Positions 27,639 to 37,462 of a stretch of 64,000 bases of DNA are shown here, piece after piece. The notes beneath the pieces were generated by a model that ran no database searches, was not told the origin of the DNA, and saw only the letters and a list, made by a program, of their open reading frames with translations. The translations under genes and the position numbers were made by a program. Location of the stretch: positions 52,723 to 116,722 of the forward strand of contig CAVPFM010000007.1 of assembly GCA_963703735.1 (NCBI GenBank), given 5' to 3'. Source of the stretch: an uncultured Acidobacteriota bacterium (GTDB lineage: Bacteria > Acidobacteriota > Terriglobia > Terriglobales > Acidobacteriaceae). Each line of letters opens with the position of its first letter. Position 1 is the first letter of the stretch.

Positions 27639-28508
27639 ATGAATCGCACACGTCTGTTAATGATCGGGGTTCTGGCGCTTGGGTTGGGCCTGTTCGTAAG
27701 TATGTACGTCTACAAGAGCTTGCAAGCGAAAAGCGGTGCAGGCGGCGACCCCGGCGTCGATGTCATGGTGGCCGCGAACGATTTGCAGGTGGGCGCACGC
27801 GTCGAAGAACACGACATCAAGATCATTCGGATACCTGGCGGAGATCTCCCGCCGGGCGCGCCCAGAAAGCGTTCCGAAGTCGTTGGGCACGGCGTCATCA
27901 TTCCGATCTCCCGCGGTGAATTCATTCTGCCCAATCGTCTTGCCGCCGAGAATGCCGGATCGGGCCTCCCATCTCTGATTCCGCCCGGGATGCGCGCCGT
28001 TTCCGTTCGCGTGAATGAAGTTGTATCCGTGGCTGGATTTGTGACTCCCGGAACACGCGTGGATGTTCTGCTCACCGGAACGCCCAGCAACAACGGGGAT
28101 CAGGAAACCACGACGGTTCTGCAAAATGTTGCAGTTCTCGCTTCGGGTCATACGCTGGAACGAACTTCAACTGGCGAGGCCCAGAATACGGCCGTGATTA
28201 CGCTTCTGGTTTCTCCCGACGACGCGCAGCGACTCACTCTCGCCAGTTCGCAAGGACATATTCAACTCGCGCTGCGCAATCCGCTCGACACCAAGCAAGA
28301 TGAAGTGCCGTCGTCCAACTCCAAGGGTCTTTATAGGTTGATGGCGACACCCGAACCTGTCGTGCACGCCCCGGTTCATCGCGTTGCGACCCCGAAAGCC
28401 GCTCCGCCTCCTCCGCCCGCAACCGGGGTCAGCGTAGAGGTCTATCAGGGCGACAAGAAAGTCGATGTAGTGAAATGTGGCGATGACGGTTGTGGTGAGG
28501 CCAAGTGA
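27639..28508 (+). CDS. cpaB: Flp pilus assembly protein CpaB/RcpC
   Basis: 289 aa. N-terminal TM segment, SAF-like domain (VMVAANDLQVGARVEEHDI) and RcpC beta-clip domain. Position in the tad operon. Confidence 0.85.
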   Translation: MNRTRLLMIGVLALGLGLFVSMYVYKSLQAKSGAGGDPGVDVMVAANDLQVGARVEEHDIKIIRIPGGDLPPGAPRKRSEVVGHGVIIPISRGEFILPNRLAAENAGSGLPSLIPPGMRAVSVRVNEVVSVAGFVTPGTRVDVLLTGTPSNNGDQETTTVLQNVAVLASGHTLERTSTGEAQNTAVITLLVSPDDAQRLTLASSQGHIQLALRNPLDTKQDEVPSSNSKGLYRLMATPEPVVHAPVHRVATPKAAPPPPPATGVSVEVYQGDKKVDVVKCGDDGCGEAK

Positions 28509-28582
28509 TCCGTAGAGATTCGATGTTGCTCAACGCCACGTTGCACACCGGTCAGTTTCCTCACAGGGAGACCAATCTGACA

Positions 28583-29977
28583 ATGAACGTTCGCATGTCT
28601 TTGCTTGGGGCCCTGCTGCTCGCGTCGCTTATCCTGCCCGCGTCCTCCGAAACCGTGCAGCAAGCAGACGCCCCGGCGCAGCCTCAGAGCCCGGTTCCGA
28701 CCGGAACCCAGACCGCTAACCTTCCGGCTCAGTCCCAAGCCACGCAAGGATCGGCGCCCCTGCGCGTGATGGTGGGCAAATCGCTGCTCATCAATACGAC
28801 GGAGCGCCTGAAGCGCATCTCTATCACCGACCCAAACATCGCCTTTGCCCAGCCGATCACTCCGACGCAGATTCTCGTGCACGGCAAATCTCCCGGAGAA
28901 GTTTCGCTTCTCATCTGGGATGAACTGGAGCGCTCGCGTAGCTTCGACCTGCGGGTTGACGTCGACGTCAGCGCCTGCGCCGAAGAAGAGCATCGCGTTT
29001 TCCCCGACGAGCAAATTACGGTCACGCCATCGCGGGCGGCCATCGTTCTCTCCGGACACGTTTCAACCGAGGATGTGGCCAAGCGCGCCGGCGAGCTTGC
29101 CAGCGCCTATTCGCCGAAGGTCGTGAATGTTCTGACCTTCGGTCCCGTCGGCGCACAAGAAGTTCTGCTGCAGGTAAAGTTTGCTGAAGTGGATCGCACC
29201 GCCCTCACACAGCTGGGCGTGAATTTTCTTTCCAACGGCGCCGCGAATACCATCGGCACGATTACAACTGGACAGTACGGCGGCTTCGGACCGCAAACTT
29301 TAACCAACCAAAACGGCACCACGACCACGACCGGTCAGACTCTTAACAACGTGTTGAACCTGTTCGTCTTTCGTCCGGACATTAATTTCGGCGCTGTGAT
29401 TGAAGCTCTGGAAACTAAGAATCTTCTTCAAATCCTGGCCGAGCCGAATCTCATCGCCGTCAACGGCAAGAAAGCCAGCTTCCTCGCCGGCGGACAATTT
29501 CCCTTCCCCATCGTGCAGCCGGGCGCTGGCTTTACCGCAGTCACCATCTCATTCAAAGAGTTCGGCGTGCGGCTGGAGTTCACCCCCGTCATCACTCCGA
29601 ACGGCAGCATCCATCTAACCGTCGCTCCCGAAGTCAGCACGCTCGATTTTGCCAACGCGCTCACCATCTCCGGATTCACCGTCCCTGCGCTTAGCACCCG
29701 CAAGGCTGAAACTGAATTCGAAGTCCAGGACGGACAGAGTTTCGTAATCGCCGGTTTGATGGACAACCGCGTGACCGATATTTACAACAAAATCCCGGGG
29801 CTCGGGGACATTCCGATCCTGGGGGCGTTCTTCCGCAGCAAGAGTCTTCAAAAGAGCAATTCGGAACTGATGGTGCTTTGCACGGTGCATCGTGTTTCAC
29901 CGACCACGGACCCGCCGGCTCCGCCGAAGAACGCGAAGCCTTTCATGGATACGGGCAAGTTTGATAAGAGCAAGTAG
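28583..29977 (+). CDS. cpaC: Tad secretin CpaC/RcpA
   Basis: Start re-set to the ATG at 28583 (MNVRMSLLGALLLASLILPASSE signal peptide). Pilus-N domain (LRVMVGKSLLINT...ISITDPNIA). Secretin domain (LLQILAEPNLIAVNGKKASFLAGGQFPFP...GDIPILGAFFRS). Confidence 0.9.
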   Translation: MNVRMSLLGALLLASLILPASSETVQQADAPAQPQSPVPTGTQTANLPAQSQATQGSAPLRVMVGKSLLINTTERLKRISITDPNIAFAQPITPTQILVHGKSPGEVSLLIWDELERSRSFDLRVDVDVSACAEEEHRVFPDEQITVTPSRAAIVLSGHVSTEDVAKRAGELASAYSPKVVNVLTFGPVGAQEVLLQVKFAEVDRTALTQLGVNFLSNGAANTIGTITTGQYGGFGPQTLTNQNGTTTTTGQTLNNVLNLFVFRPDINFGAVIEALETKNLLQILAEPNLIAVNGKKASFLAGGQFPFPIVQPGAGFTAVTISFKEFGVRLEFTPVITPNGSIHLTVAPEVSTLDFANALTISGFTVPALSTRKAETEFEVQDGQSFVIAGLMDNRVTDIYNKIPGLGDIPILGAFFRSKSLQKSNSELMVLCTVHRVSPTTDPPAPPKNAKPFMDTGKFDKSK

Positions 29978-30047
29978 CTACGAATTCCTCTCGTGATGGG
30001 CTCGGCACGACAGGAGCAAGTCTTAACGTGAAGGGCCACAGATTGCT

Positions 30048-31220
30048 ATGCCAGAGCTGACAGTCGTCATCGTGGCCACCGACAACGAGCAGCGCGCCCT
30101 TCTGCAGGTGCTCGTTGACAACACCAGTGTGGCCAGGACCGCTCACACTTGCGCAAGTTATCCGCTGGCTTCATCGGATCCGGTCACCCGCCGCGTGCGC
30201 GCCGCCAATCCCGATGTAACTCTGGTCGATATTCCTACCGACAATGCACCCCAGGCACTCCGTGCCATCGAACTGCTTCACCAGGAAATGCCGGATCTCG
30301 CCATCTTTGCCATCGGCAATCTGAATCAGCCGCAGGTGATTGTGAACGCCATGCGCGCCGGCGCAAAGGAATTCATCGAGCGTCCCACCACCACGACCGA
30401 TCTTCTCGAAGCTTTTGTGCGCCTCTCGGCCGCGCAACGCCGCGGACAGCAAGAAGGCTTGCGAGGCAAGGTGTTTTCCGTCGTCAATGCTAAAGGTGGA
30501 AACGGCGCGACGACTGTCGCCGTGAATCTGGCGCTGGCGCTGCAGTCCGCATACAGCCAAACGGCTCTAGTCGACCTGGCTCCCCTGGGCCACGCGGCGC
30601 TGCACATGAACCTGAAGCCAGTGTTCACCGTGGCCGACGCCACCCGCAACTTGCACCGCATGGACGCTTCCCTGCTCGAAAGCTTCATGACGCGGCACAA
30701 TGGAGGATTGCAGCTGCTCGCGGGAACGAACGTGCCCGCAGCTCTAGATCCGTCGACCGCAGAGTTTGTGCGTCTGTTCGATATGCTGGTCACGCATTAC
30801 CGTTACGTCGTGGTCGATGCCTCTTCGCGCTTCGACGCAGCCACCCGGCTCATCGCCAGTTTGTCCGAAACCGTGTTGCTCGTTGCCTGCAGCGATGTCG
30901 CATCGCTATGGAGCGCAGCCCGCGTTCAGCAGTATTTGGGAGAAACCGGCGGGCGCGAGCGCGTCCGGTTAGTTTTGAACCGGTTTCGCAAAGTTCCAGG
31001 CTTCAGCGAAGCCGACGCCGAGGCTGCGGTCGGCGCCAAACTCCTGTGGCGGGTGCCTAATCAGTATTTCGCCGTCTCCAGCGCGATCGATCGCGGAACT
31101 CCGGTGATGGATCAGCGCAACTCCGAGATCGCCCGCTGTTTCTCCGGATTGGCGCAGGAATTGACGCGCAACGACGCTGACGTGAAGCGCGCGGCGTGGT
31201 CATTGTTCAAGTCAGTTTAG
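30048..31220 (+). CDS. cpaE: CpaE/TadZ: receiver-like domain plus ParA/MinD-type ATPase
   Basis: 390 aa. N-terminal CheY-like fold. Deviant Walker A motif NAKGGNGATTVAVNLA. Confidence 0.85.
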   Translation: MPELTVVIVATDNEQRALLQVLVDNTSVARTAHTCASYPLASSDPVTRRVRAANPDVTLVDIPTDNAPQALRAIELLHQEMPDLAIFAIGNLNQPQVIVNAMRAGAKEFIERPTTTTDLLEAFVRLSAAQRRGQQEGLRGKVFSVVNAKGGNGATTVAVNLALALQSAYSQTALVDLAPLGHAALHMNLKPVFTVADATRNLHRMDASLLESFMTRHNGGLQLLAGTNVPAALDPSTAEFVRLFDMLVTHYRYVVVDASSRFDAATRLIASLSETVLLVACSDVASLWSAARVQQYLGETGGRERVRLVLNRFRKVPGFSEADAEAAVGAKLLWRVPNQYFAVSSAIDRGTPVMDQRNSEIARCFSGLAQELTRNDADVKRAAWSLFKSV

Positions 31221-31233
31221 AATTTAGGGGCTT

Positions 31234-32529
31234 ATGGCAAATCTTCAATCGTTCGAGCGCACCGACATTCAGCAGGTGAAAGCCGACCTGCACCGCAAGG
31301 TTCTCGACCGTTTGGACCTGGAAAAACTAGGCAAGGCGGCCGGAGACTCGGCTCGCGATGAAGTCCTGGTAGTGATCCGTGCGGTGGTCAACGGCGAAGT
31401 CGTTCCTCTCAGCTTTGCTGAACGCGAACGTCTTTCGCGTGAAATTCTCGATGAGATCTTCGGCCTCGGTCCGTTAGAGCAACTCCTCAAAGATCCCAAC
31501 ATCTCCGATATCCTGGTCAACCGTTACGATCGGGTGTACGTGGAAAAGGCGGGCAAACTCGAACTCACCACGCTGACGTTCAAGGACAACGTGCACTTGA
31601 TGCAGATCATCGAGCGCATCGTTTCCCGCGTAGGCCGCCGCGTCGACGAGTCCTCTCCAATGGTTGATGCGCGCCTCACCGATGGCTCCCGTGTGAACGC
31701 CATCATTCCGCCGCTCGCCCTCGACGGTCCGTGTCTCTCCATTCGCCGTTTCGGACGTGAGCCAGTCACCGCGCGGCAGATGATTGAAAATCAGACGCTC
31801 ACCGAATCGATGCTGGAACTCCTCTCGGCCATGGTCAAGGGTCGCCTCAACATCCTGGTATCTGGCGGAACCGGCGCCGGCAAGACCACCCTGCTCAACG
31901 TGCTCTCGGGGTACATTCCTAACACTGAGCGCATCGTCTCCATCGAAGACGCGGCCGAATTGCAGCTCAAGCAGGAAAACATCGTCCGCCTGGAAACTCG
32001 CCCGCCCAACATCGAAGGCAAGGGCGCTGTCCGCCAGCGGCAGCTGGTCATCAACAGTTTGCGTATGCGCCCCGACCGCATCGTAGTTGGCGAGGTGCGT
32101 GGCGAGGAAGCCTTCGACATGTTGCAGGCCATGAACACGGGTCACGAAGGATCGCTCACCACGGTCCACGCCAACTCTCCGCGCGATGCCATGGCTCGTA
32201 TCGAAAACATGGTCTCGATGGCCAATCTCAACATTCCGGAGCGGGCCGTACGCCAGCAAATCTCCTCCGCCGTGCATGCGGTGATTCAAATTGCCCGCCT
32301 GTCCGACGGTACGCGCAAAGTGACCACGATCTCCGAAGTCACCGGAATGGACGCCGATTCGATTGCGATGCAGGACATCTTTTCCTTCGATCGCACCGGC
32401 ATTGATGAGAACGGAAAGGTCCGCGGTGCGTTTCGAGCCACCGGGACTCGTCCGAAGTTTGCCGATCGCTTGGCAACCGCAGGCGCCCGTCTACGGCCTG
32501 CGCTGTTTGAATCGAAGGCCGAGGTCTAG
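31234..32529 (+). CDS. cpaF: Tad secretion ATPase CpaF/TadA
   Basis: 431 aa. Walker [15 protein letters not shown], Asp box [12 protein letters not shown], Walker [13 protein letters not shown], His box [11 protein letters not shown]. Confidence 0.95.
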   Translation: MANLQSFERTDIQQVKADLHRKVLDRLDLEKLGKAAGDSARDEVLVVIRAVVNGEVVPLSFAERERLSREILDEIFGLGPLEQLLKDPNISDILVNRYDRVYVEKAGKLELTTLTFKDNVHLMQIIERIVSRVGRRVDESSPMVDARLTDGSRVNAIIPPLALDGPCLSIRRFGREPVTARQMIENQTLTESMLELLSAMVKGRLNILVSGGTGAGKTTLLNVLSGYIPNTERIVSIEDAAELQLKQENIVRLETRPPNIEGKGAVRQRQLVINSLRMRPDRIVVGEVRGEEAFDMLQAMNTGHEGSLTTVHANSPRDAMARIENMVSMANLNIPERAVRQQISSAVHAVIQIARLSDGTRKVTTISEVTGMDADSIAMQDIFSFDRTGIDENGKVRGAFRATGTRPKFADRLATAGARLRPALFESKAEV

Positions 32530-32536
32530 GTCCAAT

Positions 32537-33508
32537 ATGACTGCAGCTCTGATCGCGCTGGTTGTCTTCGGAGTGGTCGCGCTCCTCGCGTTCGCGGTGT
32601 TCTCTCTTCTTGATCAGCGCAGCGCGCAAGCCCGCTTGATCAAAGAGCGACTGGCCAACGAGCGCAAAGCTCCCGATCTTGCCGCCGACGAAGAACTGGC
32701 GCTGCTGCGGGACGAGCAACTCAGCCGAATCCCCGCCCTCGACAACCTGCTTCGCCGTTCGGCTCGCGTCTCCGACCTGCAGAAAATGCTGCTACAGGCA
32801 GGCATGGACATGCGCGCTGGAAATTTCCTGGGATTCTCGGCGCTCAGCGGAATCGTCGTCACCATCGTCACCTATATTCTCAGCAAGCGCGTTGAAATCG
32901 CGTGGATTGGCCTGCTCGTCGGCTTCGTCCTGCCGTATTCCTACGCTTCGTATAAGCGCAATAAGCGCTTCGAGAAGTTCGAGGAACTCTTCCCGGAAGC
33001 CATCGACACTCTGGCTCGCGCCGTCCGAGCTGGTCACGCCTTTACCACCGCGCTCGAGATGATTACCAGCGAAATTTCAGAGCCGATCGCCGGCGAGTTC
33101 CGGCAGCTCTATGAGGAACAGAAGTTCGGCATGCCTGTCCGCGATGCTCTGCTGAATCTGACGGACCGGATGCCGCTGGTCGACGTGAAATTTTTTGTAA
33201 CAGCTGTCATGTTGCAGCGCGAGACCGGCGGCAACCTCGCGGAAATTCTCGACAACCTCTCTTATGTCATTCGCGAGCGCTTCAAAATACAGCGCCAGGT
33301 TCGCGTATATACCGCCCAGGGCCGCCTTACGATGGCCCTCCTGATGGGCATGCCGCCCATCATCGTCACCGTGATGCTGGTGCTGAATCCCAGCTTCATT
33401 CACCCGCTGTTTGCGGATCCCATCGGCCACACTCTTTTGGTCGCGGGAATCACTTTGCAAACCATTGGATATTTCGTGATCCGGAAAATTATCCGGATTC
33501 AGGTTTAA
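32537..33508 (+). CDS. tadB: Tad platform protein TadB
   Basis: Start re-set to the ATG at 32537 (MTAALIALVVF...), 7 nt after the cpaF stop. T2SF-like domain with 3-4 TM segments. Confidence 0.85.
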   Translation: MTAALIALVVFGVVALLAFAVFSLLDQRSAQARLIKERLANERKAPDLAADEELALLRDEQLSRIPALDNLLRRSARVSDLQKMLLQAGMDMRAGNFLGFSALSGIVVTIVTYILSKRVEIAWIGLLVGFVLPYSYASYKRNKRFEKFEELFPEAIDTLARAVRAGHAFTTALEMITSEISEPIAGEFRQLYEEQKFGMPVRDALLNLTDRMPLVDVKFFVTAVMLQRETGGNLAEILDNLSYVIRERFKIQRQVRVYTAQGRLTMALLMGMPPIIVTVMLVLNPSFIHPLFADPIGHTLLVAGITLQTIGYFVIRKIIRIQV

Positions 33509-33510
33509 CT

Positions 33511-34422
33511 ATGCTGCCTCTGCTGCTGATTGTCGTCGTCTTCATCACCGTCGTGGTGGGCGTGTTCGCCTTCGGCGCTGCCGCCGTAACGCCGAGTTCC
33601 ATGCTGGGCGCCCGCCTCCGCGCTCTTGGTGGACAGCAGGCACAACCGGCGGAGAACCGTCCCGCCATCCGGGAACGCATTGAGCAGGCGCTCGATCCTC
33701 TCAGCAAAGCCATTCCGCTCTCCGCTTCCGACGTCTCGCGCACGCGCCGCTGGCTGATTCAGGCCGGCTTCCGCGATGCCATTGACGTCAATTACTACTT
33801 CGGCGTGCGTCTTTTGGCGGCCGCCGTTGGTTTCGTCGGAGTGGTCGTCTTCTCCGGATTTGCCAATCCATTTCTGCTCGCCGGCATCTCGGGACTTGGA
33901 TTCTTCCTTCCGCGCTTCATGTTGAAGCGCATGATTCGGGACCGCCAGAACCGCATTCGCCTCGGATTGCCCGATGCCCTTGACTTGACCGTCATCTGCG
34001 TTGAGGCTGGCTTGGCGCTCGATCAGGCTCTGATGCGCGTAGGCCAGGATTTGCACCACGCCCATCCCGACCTCAGCGATGAATTTCATCTTGTCAACCT
34101 GGAAATGCGCGCCGGCAAGCCCCGCGCCGAGGCTCTCCGCAATCTGGTGGAGCGCACTGGTGTTGACGATATCCGCTCCCTTGTTGGTACACTGATTCAG
34201 ACCGACCGCTTCGGTACCAGCGTCGCCCAGGCTCTCCGCGTGCATTCCGATTCCCTCCGCACGGAACGCCGGCAACGCGCCGAAGAACAAGCTGCCAAGA
34301 CCACCATCAAAATGGTCCCCCCACTGGTAATCTTTGTTCTGCCGTCGATCATTTTTGTCACGATCGGTCCCGCCGTGATCGAATTGATCCGGCAACTGGG
34401 GCCGGTTTCAGGCGGCCGCTAG
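33511..34422 (+). CDS. tadC: Tad platform protein TadC
   Basis: 303 aa. Starts 2 nt after the tadB stop. T2SF-like domain (LPDALDLTVICVEAGLALDQAL). Confidence 0.85.
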   Translation: MLPLLLIVVVFITVVVGVFAFGAAAVTPSSMLGARLRALGGQQAQPAENRPAIRERIEQALDPLSKAIPLSASDVSRTRRWLIQAGFRDAIDVNYYFGVRLLAAAVGFVGVVVFSGFANPFLLAGISGLGFFLPRFMLKRMIRDRQNRIRLGLPDALDLTVICVEAGLALDQALMRVGQDLHHAHPDLSDEFHLVNLEMRAGKPRAEALRNLVERTGVDDIRSLVGTLIQTDRFGTSVAQALRVHSDSLRTERRQRAEEQAAKTTIKMVPPLVIFVLPSIIFVTIGPAVIELIRQLGPVSGGR

Positions 34423-34458
34423 CGGCGCAACCAGTTCCGCAGAACAACACGGGGTCTC

Positions 34459-34857
34459 ATGGCAGTTCTCTCCAGCGAAGGGCAGGCTTTCAATCAGACG
34501 CGACAGGCCTACCTCGCCACGTCACTGGCCGTCGCCGACACCCACTGGACTCGCCTGCGTGGGCTGGTTGGCCTGGGGGCCGATGACTTCCGTAATGGTT
34601 CAGGACTCTGGATCGTTCCCTGCCATGGCGTTCATACTCTAGGGATGGGGTTTCCCATTGATGTTGTCTATTTGGATCGGGCCATGACGGTGATACACGT
34701 TCAACCGGAATTGCGGCCGTGGCGATTCGCTCCAGTGCGTAGACAGGCTGCGTCGGTCTTGGAACTGCCGTGTAACGTCGCTGCCGAGACTCGAACGGCG
34801 GTGGGCGATAGAATTGAAATCACTCTCGCAAAGGATCCCAGCCAGCCAACTGCATGA
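34459..34857 (+). CDS. DUF192 (COG1430) family protein
   Basis: 132 aa. Core GLWIVPCHGVHTLGMGFPIDVVYLD is typical of DUF192. The stop overlaps the next start (ATGA at 34854-34857). Confidence 0.7.
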   Translation: MAVLSSEGQAFNQTRQAYLATSLAVADTHWTRLRGLVGLGADDFRNGSGLWIVPCHGVHTLGMGFPIDVVYLDRAMTVIHVQPELRPWRFAPVRRQAASVLELPCNVAAETRTAVGDRIEITLAKDPSQPTA

Positions 34858-37394
34858 GCAGCGTTCTCCAACTCGACGAGGCGGTCACCGTTCGTGACGT
34901 CCGGGACGCTCCTCGCCTTCTGGTTGAGTGGTCCTCGCCCTGGCAGGAATTCGTCAGCTCCATCAAGCCGGCGCTGATGCGATCGGAAGCCCGTCTGGCG
35001 GGAGAAGCTCCGTTTGGATTGATTCCTCTGCGGATCATGGCGCCCTCGTATTTCCTCGAGGCATTTCTGATCCTGGCGGCAATCTTTGTGCAGTACAAAG
35101 TCGCTGAACTGCGCCCTTATGTCTCGCCGCGATTATCGCCCCATGACGTTATTTATTACACCGGCGACGAACTGCCTCGTACCGAAGATCTCGGCGGCGC
35201 TCAGGCGGGAACGGCAGGCCGCGCTGGCGGCGATGAGTCGCACCATCGCACCCAGACCATCAAGATCGCGCGCGGCGGATCTCTCACTCCGCGCGTAGTC
35301 GATGCGCCGAATCTTAAGCTCACTCCTACGCACGATGCCGTAGCGAACCTGCTGGCCGTCAAGCCCGATCCCGGTCCACCGCCTGCGGAAGGGTTGCGTT
35401 CTGCGCGCTCGGCTCCGAATCTCGCTACGTCGATTGTGGCCCCAGCTCCCAATGTCATTCGCGACTACACGCGCAACGGAGTTCAACTCGATTCCGTGAT
35501 TGCGCCCGCTCCGAATGTCACGCGCGATCGCACGCTGACTGCGCCGACTTTCAACGCGACACTGATTCCTCCTGCGCCCAGCGTTCCGGATGATCACAAG
35601 CTCGTCGCTCCCGCGCTGGCTCCGTCGGTCATTGCTCCTGCGCCGCGAGTTTCACGGGATCGCTCGCTTACCGCCCGGTCACTCGACCCATCGGTCGTAG
35701 CACCCGCTCCAAGCGTCGCGCGCGACCGGGCTCGTTCCAGCCCCGCGCTTTCCTCGAATGTGATTCCGCCCCCTGGCGCATTCAGCCGCGAAATCTCTAG
35801 CACGCCCGTGCAGATGACGAATACGTCGGCGGTGCCTCCGCCCGTTTCCGCGCCCGAGCGCGCCACACTCCGGAATCCGAAGCTGTCGCTGCCATCGCCT
35901 TCCGTGGTCGCTCCTCCACCTTCATCCGACATCTCCCCCGACATGCGCCGTCTCGCGAGCGGTAGCGTACAAGATCCTGCGAAGACCGTCGTCCCTCCAC
36001 CGCCATCACAATCCGGCAGCGGAACGTTCATGAGCAGTCTGATCGGCAAGATTTTTGGAGCCACCGAGGTTGTGCCTCCGCCACCGTCCGTGAACACAGG
36101 AAGCACCCCCGGCGGACCGTCAACCTCACTCTCCAGCGATGTCGTCCCGCCTCCGCCCACAGTCGGCTCGGCGGCGGCTGGTGGTAATCCACGTGGCAGT
36201 CGCAACGGTGCCGGCGCATCGCTCGGTGCCAATGCGGTGGCTCCGCCTCCGGCCGTTGGAGCAAATGGCGGCACCGGCGCTCGTGCCAATGGCGCTGCGC
36301 CCTATCTCGGAAATCCCGGCGTGGTCCCGCCGCCCCCGTCGCTCTCGGGAGCAGGCGGCGGCACCGGCAACTCGGGAGGCGGCGCCGGCGCTCCCGGAGG
36401 AACTCTGCTCGCTAACAATATCGTGCCTCCGCCGCCATCAGTTGGCGGAGGATCGGCTGCGGGCGGGTCGGGTTCTGGCCGCAAGGGCGCTGGACTCGGC
36501 GCTCCCACGGATGTTGGCGCCGGTCTAACCCCGCCCACTAACGGCGGCAGCGGGACCAATGCTGGCGCAGTCATTTCCACTCAGCCCGGAGCCAAAGTCG
36601 GCATGCCCACCAGCGGCGGCTCAGGGTCGCTCGCGATGTCCCCCTCTGGGGCAGACAAATCCGGACTAGGTGGTGTGGGCAGCGGAACCGGCATCGGCCG
36701 CGACAACGGCCCCGGCAGCTCTCTCAATGGTCAAGGCGGCGGCGCTGCGAAAACCGGCGCCGGGCGCGGCTCCGATCCAAGCTCGAACGGAGGCATTTCT
36801 CCGACCCCGGGACCAGGAGGGGCTGGAAATTTGACTGCGGGTAACCCGCCCGTCCGGGGCGTCGACATCAGCGGTGGCAGCAGCATTGTCACCCTGCCTG
36901 GATTTGGCTCGGACAGTGGCGTAGCTAGCGAACCTGCTACACCGGGTCGCACCCCTGTGAAACAGCGAGACGCGCTGGGCGTAACGGTCGTAGCAACAGC
37001 CAGTTCCGGCGGAGCCTTCGAGCCTTACAAGAATCTTCTCCGCGGCGAGAAGTACACCACCTATTTGGATACGACGCTCGGGACGGTTGTCATGGAATTT
37101 GCCGACGAATCGACCACGGGGCATCCTTTCGGCGGAACTCTAGCCGCGCCAACGCCGATTAAAACCGATCTCGCGGAGGGCCTGCCCCGCGCGCGCATGG
37201 TCGTCACCTGCACGCTCGACGCGTCCGGCAATCTTAGAAATATCCGTGTTCTCGAAGCTGGACCCGCCACAATGACCGCCAAGGTTGTCGCAGCGCTCCG
37301 TGCCTGGAAATTCCAGCCCGCAACGCGAGGAACTCAGGCGGTGGAAGTAACCGCAATCCTGGGCTTCGGAATCGACACCAACGACCGCTTCTAA
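34854..37394 (+). CDS. Giant membrane-anchored Pro/Gly-rich protein with a C-terminal TonB-C-like domain
   Basis: 846 aa. One TM segment (SYFLEAFLILAAIFVQY, about aa 65-81). Fourteen [IVA][IV][AP]P[AP]P.. repeats, then a long Gly-rich stretch. The last 90 aa or so resemble TonB_C (MVVTCTLDASGNLRNIRVLEAGP...VVAALRAWKFQPATRGTQAVEV). Confidence 0.75.
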   Translation: MSSVLQLDEAVTVRDVRDAPRLLVEWSSPWQEFVSSIKPALMRSEARLAGEAPFGLIPLRIMAPSYFLEAFLILAAIFVQYKVAELRPYVSPRLSPHDVIYYTGDELPRTEDLGGAQAGTAGRAGGDESHHRTQTIKIARGGSLTPRVVDAPNLKLTPTHDAVANLLAVKPDPGPPPAEGLRSARSAPNLATSIVAPAPNVIRDYTRNGVQLDSVIAPAPNVTRDRTLTAPTFNATLIPPAPSVPDDHKLVAPALAPSVIAPAPRVSRDRSLTARSLDPSVVAPAPSVARDRARSSPALSSNVIPPPGAFSREISSTPVQMTNTSAVPPPVSAPERATLRNPKLSLPSPSVVAPPPSSDISPDMRRLASGSVQDPAKTVVPPPPSQSGSGTFMSSLIGKIFGATEVVPPPPSVNTGSTPGGPSTSLSSDVVPPPPTVGSAAAGGNPRGSRNGAGASLGANAVAPPPAVGANGGTGARANGAAPYLGNPGVVPPPPSLSGAGGGTGNSGGGAGAPGGTLLANNIVPPPPSVGGGSAAGGSGSGRKGAGLGAPTDVGAGLTPPTNGGSGTNAGAVISTQPGAKVGMPTSGGSGSLAMSPSGADKSGLGGVGSGTGIGRDNGPGSSLNGQGGGAAKTGAGRGSDPSSNGGISPTPGPGGAGNLTAGNPPVRGVDISGGSSIVTLPGFGSDSGVASEPATPGRTPVKQRDALGVTVVATASSGGAFEPYKNLLRGEKYTTYLDTTLGTVVMEFADESTTGHPFGGTLAAPTPIKTDLAEGLPRARMVVTCTLDASGNLRNIRVLEAGPATMTAKVVAALRAWKFQPATRGTQAVEVTAILGFGIDTNDRF
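35433..36443 (+). repeat. Fourteen coding repeats of the motif V-V-(A/P)-P-(A/P)-P-(S/N)-V
   Basis: IVAPAPNV, VIAPAPNV, LIPPAPSV, VIAPAPRV, VVAPAPSV, VIPPPGAF, AVPPPVSA, VVAPPPSS, VVPPPPSQ, VVPPPPSV, VVPPPPTV, AVAPPPAV, VVPPPPSL and IVPPPPSV, at aa 194-530. The first five have a period of about 22 aa. Confidence 0.9.
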
Positions 37395-37462
37395 CGTTCA
37401 TTCGCTTGGTGGAATTTCTTATGCCCCGTGAAGCTGGCGAAAGCGTCGCTTCAAATAGAAGG

